Shown here: positions 29,322 through 38,892 of the stretch, piece after piece
How positions within the stretch are numbered: the stretch's first letter is position 1
Layout: each line of letters opens with the position of its first letter
Source of the DNA: a virus
Taxonomy: Duplodnaviria; Caudoviricetes
Strand: one strand, 5' to 3'
DNA: 64,000 nt
IMG/VR virus record: IMGVR_UViG_3300032007_000017
Made by a program: the position numbers and the translations under genes
The notes under the pieces: model-generated
Databases searched by the model: none
What the model was told of the DNA's origin: nothing
The model's input: only the letters and a program-made list of their open reading frames with translations

Positions 29322-29489
29322 TTATTTTGTAAGCTCATTCAATCTAGGACGAATATCATCCATCTCATCTTGAATTGCTTGTATTTCAGCATAACTAAGA
29401 GATGGATCTCTTAGTCTCTTTTCAAGCACATCTATTCGATTTTTATATTGATTGATTAGATTAATTTTAGCATACATACTAAGCTCCAT
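29322..29489 (-). CDS. 55-aa coiled-coil protein (not in ORF track)
   Basis: MELSMYAKINL...NELTK, AAGGAGG RBS. Confidence 0.65.
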   Translation of the reverse strand: MELSMYAKINLINQYKNRIDVLEKRLRDPSLSYAEIQAIQDEMDDIRPRLNELTK

Positions 29490-29532
29490 ATATTTATCCT
29501 CCTTTAGAGCACAGTATTAATGAGATGTAAAA

Positions 29533-29808
29533 TTAATCACTAATCTTATCATATGTCTTATAGAAGATATCGGGTTTGCATGGATAGAGTTCTCCATTCA
29601 CTCCCTGAATCACATAATCTTCATTCGAGATATAGTGATCTCCCTCAAGAGTTTTAATGGTATAATGACCATCATTAGATTTATAGACTGTTCCATTATC
29701 AATGGCGTCTTTAAACCATTGAGGTGCATTTTCAATACATTTATCTAAATGAGCATAGATAAACTGAAATGCTTCAATAGTAACAGGTTTCTTTATATAT
29801 CTAGCCAT
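29533..29808 (-). CDS. widespread small phage protein (KKPVxIEA / TLEG / GExYPCKPDIF family)
   Basis: Recognisable conserved motifs; function unknown to me. Confidence 0.8.
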   Translation of the reverse strand: MARYIKKPVTIEAFQFIYAHLDKCIENAPQWFKDAIDNGTVYKSNDGHYTIKTLEGDHYISNEDYVIQGVNGELYPCKPDIFYKTYDKISD

Positions 29809-29813
29809 TTCTA

Positions 29814-30137
29814 TTACATCTCCATAATTATAATCGATACAGAATATGTAATATACTCTATATCAGTACACATAAGAAAAAGTTTTGACTTATCGATACC
29901 AAAACAACAATATACTTCTTTGGAAATATTATCTTTATTATATAAAGATCTCCAAAATTCTATCTGTTTATCTTTTGTATCTATTACTTTTTCAATGACA
30001 TTAGTGCGGTTATTTCCATCATTAGTCAAAGTTGTGTTTGTATATTTTACTGAAATTCTATATTGTTTTAACTCATCGTATCCTACAACTGTTTTAAGAT
30101 CCAAAATATCTCCAAAATTCATTTTAGTTTTTATCAT
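29814..30137 (-). CDS. hypothetical accessory protein
   Basis: AGGAGG RBS; very AT-rich. Confidence 0.65.
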   Translation of the reverse strand: MIKTKMNFGDILDLKTVVGYDELKQYRISVKYTNTTLTNDGNNRTNVIEKVIDTKDKQIEFWRSLYNKDNISKEVYCCFGIDKSKLFLMCTDIEYITYSVSIIIMEM

Positions 30138-30187
30138 GAATAATAAAACCTCCTAGTATATAATTATTAAAATGTCGATTACATAAT

Positions 30188-30222
30188 AAAAAATAATAGG
30201 TAGCCCGAAGGCTACCTATTAT
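30188..30222. terminator. major capsid gene terminator
   Basis: aataataggtagc-ccgaag-gctacctattatt with a U tract on the minus strand. Confidence 0.8.
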
Positions 30223-30235
30223 TCAACGAGAATTA

Positions 30236-32029
30236 TTAGTTCTCGAGCAGGTTAAAGTCATTCATCTGACCAACCTGGATCGGATCATCATTCGCAGGAA
30301 TGTTGGTCAGACCAGTCGGGTGCAGAATCTTGACACGGCCCTGGACAGGCTGATACTCAACGAACTTCCAGCGCTCGAAAGCGTGGACAGCAGGCAGAGC
30401 ATAGTTGTCGACATTGCGGATCTCATTGCTGACGTACATCTGATAATCGTAAATACGATAGATGATACGCTCGCTGTTCCGCGGGCACAGAACCAGGATG
30501 AAGTTCGTGGTACCACGAAGCTTATCAGAACCGATGAACTGATACACGCGCTTGTCGCTCGTGACGATCGTGCGGGTGTAGTCGAGCTCGACGGGGCCGA
30601 TGCTGTTCGGAGTCTGATACGTATACTCGGTCGGGGTGACCATACGAACTAGCTCAGGAGAACCGAAGACGGAAACCGTCATATTCGGATCATTCAGGAC
30701 CTGGAGCATAATCGTAACGACATGATCCAGATAATCCATGAACATTTCCTTGCGGTACTGAACCGGGCTGAAGGCATAACCGACGCGCTCAGGAGCAAAG
30801 TCAAAAGCGGTCTGAACCTTCTGGGAAGCCGGCATACGAACAAAGCTGTCGTCGAGGTGATGATGGATCTTGTCATCCTTGTAGTTACCCAGAACGGTCT
30901 TGATCATGGACATGATCTTGGCGAGCTGGTTGGTGTTATACAGGGCAGCAATATCCTTAACCTCATCGGGGGAGACAGGCGTATTGATGGGATTCGCAGA
31001 CGGAATCTCAACGACGGTGGTACGAGTATCCCACTTGACAGAGGGAGTGCGAACCATCGCGGTGGAAGTGTCGACACGGGCAGCAATCTTAACAGCAGTG
31101 ACAACTTTCTTATAGTCGACAATGCAGAACTTGTTCTTCTTAGTGTAACCACCAAGGACAGCGGTCTTCGTGATCATCTTATCCGGATTCGAAGGATCGC
31201 GGGACTGGATCTCGATACCAGCAGTCATCGTACGGTCATACTCACCGTAAGCAGGAACAAAGTCCTTATGAGTGGGCAGCCAGACCTCAACTTCGCCATC
31301 CTTAGTGGCTTCCTCACCCGTCTCAGGGTTGACATCGCCAGTCTTCAGATAGACCTTGGTCTTGACAGCAGAGATATGAGTATCGATATCGAGGTTGTCA
31401 CGAGAGTTAGCACCCATGAGAGCCAGAATATCAGTGGACTCATTCTCGGGGAGGGTGATCTCGACCTCGACGAACGGGGAGGTAGCCTCGATAGCATCGT
31501 AGAGCTTGTACTGCTCCTTGAACATATCGATCTCCTGTCCATCCGGCGTCACGAGATAACGCGTCTCCATGGTAATGGTGAACTTCGGCTCACGAGCAAC
31601 AACCTTAGGAATAGCACCCTTATCGAAGATGCAGTTCATCAGGATGTTCTTGTGAAGCGGGAAAGTCATACCGATCACAGGATTCATAGTGCCGATGTTC
31701 GCATATTCCAAAACAGCCTCACGGTCATTCAGGAACTGCTCATCAAGGGCTTCCTTCTGCTCCTGGATCAGTTCAGCAGCGTTTTTAGGATCAAGAGCCG
31801 CAATGGCGTCCTCATCAAGAGCCCCCTCAACGAAGAAGTTCTTAAGAGCATTGATGCTGGACTCATACATCATGGCCTTTGCCGGCTCGGAATACAGATC
31901 CACACCGGACTCGGTCATAATGTCACGAGCGCACTCGGCAAAGCTCTTAGCAAACTCGAAGATGGGGTCATTCTGATAGCCACGGCCCATGGTCGCCGTA
32001 GAGCGGCGATTACCAACAACACTAGGCAT
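30236..32029 (-). CDS. major capsid protein precursor
   Basis: 597 aa with the strongest codon bias in the window, late promoter, position near the protease and scaffold, acidic propeptide ending at about AVLE. Confidence 0.75.
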   Translation of the reverse strand: MPSVVGNRRSTATMGRGYQNDPIFEFAKSFAECARDIMTESGVDLYSEPAKAMMYESSINALKNFFVEGALDEDAIAALDPKNAAELIQEQKEALDEQFLNDREAVLEYANIGTMNPVIGMTFPLHKNILMNCIFDKGAIPKVVAREPKFTITMETRYLVTPDGQEIDMFKEQYKLYDAIEATSPFVEVEITLPENESTDILALMGANSRDNLDIDTHISAVKTKVYLKTGDVNPETGEEATKDGEVEVWLPTHKDFVPAYGEYDRTMTAGIEIQSRDPSNPDKMITKTAVLGGYTKKNKFCIVDYKKVVTAVKIAARVDTSTAMVRTPSVKWDTRTTVVEIPSANPINTPVSPDEVKDIAALYNTNQLAKIMSMIKTVLGNYKDDKIHHHLDDSFVRMPASQKVQTAFDFAPERVGYAFSPVQYRKEMFMDYLDHVVTIMLQVLNDPNMTVSVFGSPELVRMVTPTEYTYQTPNSIGPVELDYTRTIVTSDKRVYQFIGSDKLRGTTNFILVLCPRNSERIIYRIYDYQMYVSNEIRNVDNYALPAVHAFERWKFVEYQPVQGRVKILHPTGLTNIPANDDPIQVGQMNDFNLLEN

Positions 32030-32077
32030 TTAAATGTCCTCCTTATTATTTCAACCTATCTGGATAGATAGATATTT

Positions 32078-32089
32078 TATTAAATTGTT
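32078..32089 (-). promoter_or_regulatory. late promoter of the capsid gene
   Basis: AACA-atttaa-TA. Confidence 0.8.
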
Positions 32090-32115
32090 ACCACAAAACA
32101 GTTATATTTGACGGG

Positions 32116-33015
32116 TTATACGAAGTCTAAATCTTCATCATATCCGCCATTAGAAATCTGCTGCTTTCTTTTATCTTCAGCAAGTTTTGTAAGAATGGAA
32201 TTAATATCACTAAGTGCATTAAAGAATAGCTGATAATTAACTTCATTCTCAGTAGCGGTTTTAGTACTAAATGTGTAGATCAGATAATCGGATACCAGAT
32301 CTGATAATTCTGCTAATTTATCAGAAGCGAATTCAATAGGCTTAATCATATTAATATCTTTAGGGATATTATTAATACGATCAATTACACTATTAATCGC
32401 ATCGTAGAGCTTATTGTAATTCTTCTTAAGCTCCTGATTTCTAATAGCAAGCTGATCTGCAGAAAGATCCTGATTGATTTGATTCTCGAGATCCTGAATC
32501 TGTCTATCCCAAACAGATTCCTGATCCATAGAATCTCCTTCCATACCAGATCCTTCAGTTCCATCATCAGACTCCCCATTATCAGGGCCAATATCTTGAG
32601 CATCAGAATTGGAGTCATCAGTATAGTCTTCAGGAGCTCCTTCTCCTTCAGCTACTTCTGCTCCTCCTCCATTGTCTCCTCCCTGTTGCTGGGGTTCTTG
32701 TTCTCCTTCTCCTCCATTATCGGGAGGCTGTTGATTTCCTTCTTCTCCTGTTTCTCCTTCCGGAGCATTGTCTCCTCCGTCGTCGGGAACAGTATAGTCC
32801 TCAGGGGCTGCGTTGGGATCGTCGGTTCCTTCTCCTCCAGCTCCTTCTCCATCTTGATTACCAGAAGGACCAGAGTCGACACCCCCACTATCATCCCCAT
32901 CAGCAGTATAATCAGTAGGAGCTTCATTGTCATTGTCATTATTCACTTCCTGTCCATTGACTTGAAGTTCTTGAAATAAGCGTTTCTTTTCTCCATTTGG
33001 AGTATAAAGGATCAT
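32116..33015 (-). CDS. probable scaffold/prohead core protein
   Basis: D/E/G-rich disordered region with repeated AP(E/T)DYT, helical C-terminus; directly upstream of the capsid gene; promoter 33040-33051. Confidence 0.55.
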   Translation of the reverse strand: MILYTPNGEKKRLFQELQVNGQEVNNDNDNEAPTDYTADGDDSGGVDSGPSGNQDGEGAGGEGTDDPNAAPEDYTVPDDGGDNAPEGETGEEGNQQPPDNGGEGEQEPQQQGGDNGGGAEVAEGEGAPEDYTDDSNSDAQDIGPDNGESDDGTEGSGMEGDSMDQESVWDRQIQDLENQINQDLSADQLAIRNQELKKNYNKLYDAINSVIDRINNIPKDINMIKPIEFASDKLAELSDLVSDYLIYTFSTKTATENEVNYQLFFNALSDINSILTKLAEDKRKQQISNGGYDEDLDFV

Positions 33016-33093
33016 TTATACAACTCTCCTTTCCTTAATTAATCGAATGTTGAGGGCATAAAATAGAGTAGGCTTAATGCCTACTCTATTTTG

Positions 33094-35883
33094 TTATTCT
33101 TCACTCATGATACCATCATTGGAGATTTTATCTTTACGATAGTATTTCTCTCCTTTGAGGTTCATATGATACTTTACTTTAGAACGTTGTCTTTCGAGAT
33201 TTCTTTGAATCTCATACAACTTTCTAAGAGCTTTCAAGTCATTCTTAGATTCTGCTGTGTCAATATATTTCTGACACATCTTCAGCTCGACATCGAGCTC
33301 ATCAAGAATCTGTTGACGTTGTTTCGACTGAAGTGCTTTAGTTCCTCCAATATAACCCAAAACTCCAATAACAGCAATTGCAGGGTCAATCAGAGCAGCG
33401 CCACCAGCCAGAATAGCTAGCTTAATAGTTTTAGAAGCACTAGGAATCAGAGATCCTTTGATAACAGCCTCACGATTATTTGACGTAAGAGCTCTCTCAG
33501 CAGACTTTCTAAAATTATTTGCCGCAACATCAATATTCTTACTGATAGTCTTGTCTTTATCAGAAAGCTTCTGTAAGCCTTTCTTGACTTTCTCAGAAGC
33601 AAGCTTCAAAGAATTCAAAACAGACGCTTCAGTAAGAGGAGTTTTATAGATTGCTGCATTATACATCTCAGTCAATCCCATAATAATCTGAAGTCTACCA
33701 GTAAGACGCATAGCCTCACTCATAATATCTTCAGTATTATGGCTCTGCGGGAACATAATGCCTAGCTTTCTATATACATTATCTATGTCATATTTGTCTG
33801 AATAATCAAGTTTAGTAACACCAATCTTAGCATCAGATTTCACATCACTGATAGCAAAAGACAGTGCATCTTTAGAAATGATTTCAGGACTAATACGACA
33901 GACATCGTATAGATCTGTTGCAATGGAAGGATTAGCCTCAATGATTGTATGGAGTTTAGCCTGATCAAAGGATTTAATATCCATATTATCATAAGCTTCA
34001 CTCAATGCAGACATGAGAGCTACATATTTAGCTGATTCTCCAAAGTCTTCAAGATCTCCAAAATCATCATCATTGAAATCGAAGTCTCCTAAATCAAAAT
34101 CTTTGAAGTCATCATCATCAATGTCAATGCTCCCAATAGAAGTATCATCGATGGGCTCATCTTCATCATACTTCTTATCGAGTTCTTCATCATTCAACAG
34201 AGTTTCATAATACTGATCAAGCTTTTGATAGGTATTATAAACCTCTTTTCTATACTCTTGAAGATTCTTTTTCTCTTCATCATTCTTACAGGATTCAATC
34301 TTCTTGTCAACTGCCTTGATTTCAGCTTTAAATGCATTACGTGCTTTAATAGCTTCTTCTCTAGACATATGCATTGCAAGAAGTTTATCTCCTAAGAATA
34401 CGATAGCACCTACTACTGGATGAATAGCAATTCCTCCAATAACAAAAACTCCACGAATATACTTTAACAGATCAGGAAGTTCTTCAACGGAGTTTTCAAT
34501 GCTACCAGCATAAAGCCTGTGAATCAAAGCTTTTAATTTATTTGGTTTATCTGCATCATCAGAAGTTTTGAATTTATTCATAATCTCCTGATAATCAACC
34601 TTCTCTTGAATGCTGACAGCTCCTCCAGGAGTGCTATCCATAATAGCACTAAAGGTAGTATCAGTTAAGAAAGATTCATTCTTAGCAGAATAGTATTTAC
34701 TGAATCGATTATCAGGACCGACATCGACACTCATACCATACTGCTTAATCTTCTTTTTGATATTTCGAGCAAGTTCAGCTTCATCTGCAGAATCGCAATG
34801 ATTAAACATTTGAATTGCAGATCTTACATGTGATTCATCAGGCATTGGATATTTTCTCTTGGAAGGAAGACCATAGTCTTTATCCGAAATAAATGCTCTT
34901 TGACGAGAAGTAAGTTTGGATTCATCCAGAGGATAATCATCATCAACCTCGTCATCATGAATTACATCGAGATCTCCATTATAGTCATTCTTATCGAAAA
35001 CTATAGATCCCTCGAGCATAGTTCTACAAGCAACACTATTTTCTCCAAGAGCCATGTAATAATCGGTAAGTGTAGTAACCAATTCAGATTCATCAAAAGT
35101 ATAAGCATTTCTATGAAGCCCATACCACATAGTCTCTAAACAGGTATTGAAGCGAGCTTTAAGAGGCATATCATATGTCTCAATTAACTTAGCAACTTCA
35201 ATCGCTGTATCAGAGATACCATTTATGATGGTATTCTCTTGAATGATTTTATCAATATTGAATCTCTTGGATACTCGGTTATAGTTCTCTAGAATCCTAT
35301 CGATTGATACAATCTTGGTAGCCTGCTCAAGCATACGCTCATATGCAGTAATTACAGCTTCCTGTTTAGCAGGACTACTATCAGGAGCAGGATTCTGAGG
35401 AGTTACAGATTGAACAAAACTTTTAGCAGGAGCTAGATTGGTTTGAAGGTTAGACTTAATATCATCAATAGATTTCTGAATCATATCAGTAATACTATTA
35501 AGATTCTTATTAACCAAGCTATTCTTGGCATTCATCTTTCCTTTAACTCTACCGAGCTTCTGCTTTAAATATGTTTGAGTCTCTTTGGCGTCTCTGGTTT
35601 TATTTACATACTCTTTGAGAATCAGATTACCATACTTATTGATCTGAGAAACAGTTCCATGTTCTGCCAGAGCATCAAAGAGATTATACATCGAAGATTC
35701 TGACATCGAATGGCTACTATCGCCAATAGCGCATTCAATACAAAAGATAATCTTAGAGGTAAAGCCTGATTGGATAGCTACTTCTGCTTGTTCATCAAAA
35801 GTATCTCTCCGCTTCAGATCTAAATTACCTTCTGGGATATTACGAATTCTGTTGCGTACATCTACTATACTCAACTGTTTCAT
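33094..35883 (-). CDS. large virion/head protein with an inserted DUF6582-like domain
   Basis: YGLPSKRKYPMPDESHVRSAIQMF module, hydrophobic hairpins, many ES/EA sites; promoter 35912-35923. Confidence 0.65.
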   Translation of the reverse strand: MKQLSIVDVRNRIRNIPEGNLDLKRRDTFDEQAEVAIQSGFTSKIIFCIECAIGDSSHSMSESSMYNLFDALAEHGTVSQINKYGNLILKEYVNKTRDAKETQTYLKQKLGRVKGKMNAKNSLVNKNLNSITDMIQKSIDDIKSNLQTNLAPAKSFVQSVTPQNPAPDSSPAKQEAVITAYERMLEQATKIVSIDRILENYNRVSKRFNIDKIIQENTIINGISDTAIEVAKLIETYDMPLKARFNTCLETMWYGLHRNAYTFDESELVTTLTDYYMALGENSVACRTMLEGSIVFDKNDYNGDLDVIHDDEVDDDYPLDESKLTSRQRAFISDKDYGLPSKRKYPMPDESHVRSAIQMFNHCDSADEAELARNIKKKIKQYGMSVDVGPDNRFSKYYSAKNESFLTDTTFSAIMDSTPGGAVSIQEKVDYQEIMNKFKTSDDADKPNKLKALIHRLYAGSIENSVEELPDLLKYIRGVFVIGGIAIHPVVGAIVFLGDKLLAMHMSREEAIKARNAFKAEIKAVDKKIESCKNDEEKKNLQEYRKEVYNTYQKLDQYYETLLNDEELDKKYDEDEPIDDTSIGSIDIDDDDFKDFDLGDFDFNDDDFGDLEDFGESAKYVALMSALSEAYDNMDIKSFDQAKLHTIIEANPSIATDLYDVCRISPEIISKDALSFAISDVKSDAKIGVTKLDYSDKYDIDNVYRKLGIMFPQSHNTEDIMSEAMRLTGRLQIIMGLTEMYNAAIYKTPLTEASVLNSLKLASEKVKKGLQKLSDKDKTISKNIDVAANNFRKSAERALTSNNREAVIKGSLIPSASKTIKLAILAGGAALIDPAIAVIGVLGYIGGTKALQSKQRQQILDELDVELKMCQKYIDTAESKNDLKALRKLYEIQRNLERQRSKVKYHMNLKGEKYYRKDKISNDGIMSEE

Positions 35884-35937
35884 ATTCCCTCACCTCAAAA
35901 CTTAATGAGTTTATTAAATTGTTAAAGGTCTTATTAA

Positions 35938-36072
35938 ATGCATACTCCCAGGGAAATTCCCTGGGAGTATGACTCGATCATAGGAGGTCCCCAAAAACAA
36001 TGTCTGCAAAGCCCGACACCCGCAGATATCTTATTTGAGTTTAACCAATGAGGCGAAATTCCATTGGCCTTT
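35938..36072 (-). ncRNA. candidate anti-RBS sRNA D
   Basis: Promoter AACA-cttaag-TA (36083-36072), two hairpins, GACAUUGUUUUUGGGGACCUCCUA, terminal hairpin 35941-35971. Confidence 0.65.
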
Positions 36073-36104
36073 ACTTAAGTGTTATGCACAAACTTGTCAC
36101 ATAT

Positions 36105-36340
36105 GAGAAAAAAAATAAAGTTATTTTATAGGGGTGGTGGGGAGGGTTGTACATTTCTGTACAACCCTCCCAGATGAGGTGACAAAGAAGGTGATGGCCA
36201 TCTCGAGAGAAGGAGAAACCCTGGATGGGGAAGATGCAAAATCATGTCAAATATAAACTACACCGTCAGCAGTTTTTCGACGATTTGACTATGAATACAA
36301 GCACCTATTGTACTCTCGAGACTTATTTACTTCTTCATCA
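36105..36340 (-). ncRNA. candidate early multi-anti-SD RNA E
   Basis: Early motif 36343-36355, long-range stem TCTCGAGAG/CTCTCGAGA, several CU-rich tracts, 14-bp hairpin 36140-36171; no ORF. Confidence 0.6.
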
Positions 36341-36423
36341 CGATAATAATATATAATCAAAACTTGATTTAATTACGAAATTACAGATCCCTGAGGAAAA
36401 CCTCAGGGATCATTATTATTTGC

Positions 36424-37269
36424 TTAGAATTTAGAGCAATAGTCCTCAATATCATTCTTGATATAAGACTCAAGATTGACATAGAACTTCTCACCATTCT
36501 TGGTACTAAGCATGACAGCAGTACCACCACGAACAAGTTGAATGGATTCATAGAATACCTCAAACTGTTCGATGATAGAACGGACGTTAGCAGACTCCTG
36601 CTTGATATAGCTCATAACTTCCTCATTCATAATGGGGATAATAGAGCTCTCAGTGACAATCTTCTTATCCTTCTTAGCCATAGCAGCTTCAAAGTAAGAA
36701 TTGAAAGACTTCTGAACACCAGCAGACTCTGTAACGAGTTTATGTGTATATGCTCCAGGATGAGAGGGGAAGATAACGAAGTCATGTGTAATGTACTTCA
36801 GATCTCTAACGAGATTTCTTCCACCAATCTGCTGAAGGGTACCAAGCGAACGCATAGAAAATGCAGGCTTGCAACCCTCAAGAAGATCCTTATTAACAGC
36901 TTCACCATAATCATTATTTGTTCCAGTATAGTGAGCCATCCACTTCGGACCATCCATCCAGAACTTTAGATAACGGACAGCAGTCTCTTTAGGATCGATC
37001 GTTTGCTGGCGAATAATAGAAGAATCCATCGGGTGACCAGCCTCACCGAGCATATAACCAGCGGCAAGCAGTTCTTTTGTACGAGCACAATTCTGCTCTC
37101 TGGTAAGATCAGCAGTCAGATAGCAACGACCATTGCGGTTCTCTTCCTCGCCTTCTTGAAGGCAAGCTTCGCCGATAGGCTTATTATTTGAGGTGCCAAC
37201 AATATGAGCATCACTAGCAGTGTAAGCATCCTCAAGAATGATATGTCCAATATTAATAGCGGCAGGCAT
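36424..37269 (-). CDS. prohead core protease (T4 gp21-like)
   Basis: ENRNGRCY, GEAGHP, FSMRSLG, ITHDFVIFPSHPGA motifs. Confidence 0.9.
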   Translation of the reverse strand: MPAAINIGHIILEDAYTASDAHIVGTSNNKPIGEACLQEGEEENRNGRCYLTADLTREQNCARTKELLAAGYMLGEAGHPMDSSIIRQQTIDPKETAVRYLKFWMDGPKWMAHYTGTNNDYGEAVNKDLLEGCKPAFSMRSLGTLQQIGGRNLVRDLKYITHDFVIFPSHPGAYTHKLVTESAGVQKSFNSYFEAAMAKKDKKIVTESSIIPIMNEEVMSYIKQESANVRSIIEQFEVFYESIQLVRGGTAVMLSTKNGEKFYVNLESYIKNDIEDYCSKF

Positions 37270-37354
37270 ATTAACCCTCCTCTTAATGCATTATTTACTA
37301 AAAAGTTAATCTGTTACTCACTTAGATATTATAATAGTAAGGAGGATGATAAAT

Positions 37355-37597
37355 ATGACAATTGCTAAAGCGAAACATGTAAGAGGTATTCTTAATCAAA
37401 TCGATGAACTCGATAAGATTGAAGAAATTCTCAAAAATTATGATGCTACTGTCAAAGTTGCAGTATCTAGCGAATACAATAGTAATAAAGGGAATAGAAT
37501 TGAAAGACAGATAATGATTCCCGATGTAAAGCAATTGCTCGAAAGGTATATCAAAGATCGTAAAGCAGATCTTTATAAAAATCTTGAAGAAATTTGA
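37355..37597 (+). CDS. hypothetical protein
   Basis: AGGAGG RBS. Confidence 0.7.
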   Translation: MTIAKAKHVRGILNQIDELDKIEEILKNYDATVKVAVSSEYNSNKGNRIERQIMIPDVKQLLERYIKDRKADLYKNLEEI

Positions 37598-37611
37598 AGG
37601 AGGATTTATCA

Positions 37612-38481
37612 ATGGAATTTCCATGCAGAATGGTTGCAGAGAAAATCATTCAGGAGAATAAGGAAAGAGTTGGGAATTTAATTGGCATTCCTAAGATCGA
37701 AATGATCGGCAAGTATGTCAGTGGTACTAAAAGAGCAAGTAAAGATTTCAATTACTTCATGCTCAGTATGTGTGATGCTGCAAATGCATCTGGCATAGAA
37801 CTTTGTTCCTCATTTGATGATACTGATGATGGAGTTAAATACCTAATCAAAAGAGCCAATGATGATACTCGTACAAGCGGTATTATTGTAGAGAATGGGT
37901 TAGATTATAATATTTATGATAGAATTGTTTTCAATAAAGATATCGACTGTTGTAATTCTATCAATCTTGGGATGTTTTATGGAAATAGAAAAAATCCTTA
38001 TCTGTACCCTACTTATATTCCAGCTACAGCAGAAGCTGTTATAGAGTTATTAGAATTCAGAGGATTCGATTTAGATAACTCTAAAATTGCAGTAATTGGT
38101 CGTGGAACGGTTGGTAGATCTGTTGCTACTCTTTGCACTCAAAAGAATGCAATGGTTACTATCTGCCATTCTAAAACAAGTGAAGATCATATCAAAGAAA
38201 TCTGTAGGAATTCCAATATCATTGTTGCTTGTACTGGTCATCCTCTTTATCATCTTGATGAATGGATTGGAGATCGTACTATTGCTATTGTGAATGTAGG
38301 TCTTACAGACGTTCCTAAAGAGGTATTCGAAAAGTATAAGGATTCATCCATGCTTACAATCAGTCCTGCTAAGAATGGCATCGGATTGATAACGTCGGCA
38401 TTGCTCTGTAAGCATGCTATTGATTCGTATGAGTTTATATGTTTACGATCATCACTCCTGCAAAAAATGGTATCGGGTTGA
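37612..38481 (+). CDS. folD: methylenetetrahydrofolate dehydrogenase/cyclohydrolase (divergent)
   Basis: KDIDC, PATAEAV, VIGRGTVGR, VTICHSKT, GIGLIT motifs. Confidence 0.85.
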   Translation: MEFPCRMVAEKIIQENKERVGNLIGIPKIEMIGKYVSGTKRASKDFNYFMLSMCDAANASGIELCSSFDDTDDGVKYLIKRANDDTRTSGIIVENGLDYNIYDRIVFNKDIDCCNSINLGMFYGNRKNPYLYPTYIPATAEAVIELLEFRGFDLDNSKIAVIGRGTVGRSVATLCTQKNAMVTICHSKTSEDHIKEICRNSNIIVACTGHPLYHLDEWIGDRTIAIVNVGLTDVPKEVFEKYKDSSMLTISPAKNGIGLITSALLCKHAIDSYEFICLRSSLLQKMVSG

Positions 38482-38546
38482 TAATGTCGGCATTGCTCTG
38501 TAGACATGCTATTGATTCATATGAGCTTACAATGAACAATACTTAA
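38359..38546 (+). repeat. diverged tandem duplication of the folD 3' end (92-bp period)
   Basis: Copies start at 38359 and 38451; about 80 bp alignable. Confidence 0.85.
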
Positions 38547-38668
38547 AAAAGAAGAGGGGAAACCCTCTTCTTTTTTTCTGTAATACTTTCGATTTATGAA
38601 GATATATTATTAAGATAGAAGATGGGTGTGATGGCCCATCAAATATTACATAAAGGAGAGACCCCACG

Positions 38669-38857
38669 ATGAAGAAAAAGTTCTTTAGCCCACTCGATAT
38701 GGCGGATGCCATGTTCAACCTTGGTTACACAAGAGAGGAGATCGAGGACAAGATCTCCTCAATGCTCGAAGACTCAATGGACATCTATGGGTTTCACGAG
38801 GAAACTCAGGAAACCCTTCAGCGTCAGCATGATGAGGCTATCCCTCCCGAGTGGTGA
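38669..38857 (+). CDS. small acidic early protein
   Basis: Early motif 38602-38613, AAGGAG RBS, own terminator. Confidence 0.7.
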   Translation: MKKKFFSPLDMADAMFNLGYTREEIEDKISSMLEDSMDIYGFHEETQETLQRQHDEAIPPEW

Positions 38858-38892
38858 GGAAAAAGAAAGGGCTGTAAAAGCCCTTTCTTTTT

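Noticed and set aside
38359-38546. Diversity-generating retroelement TR/VR pair
   Set aside because: Mismatches are not adenine-specific and there is no reverse transcriptase in the window.
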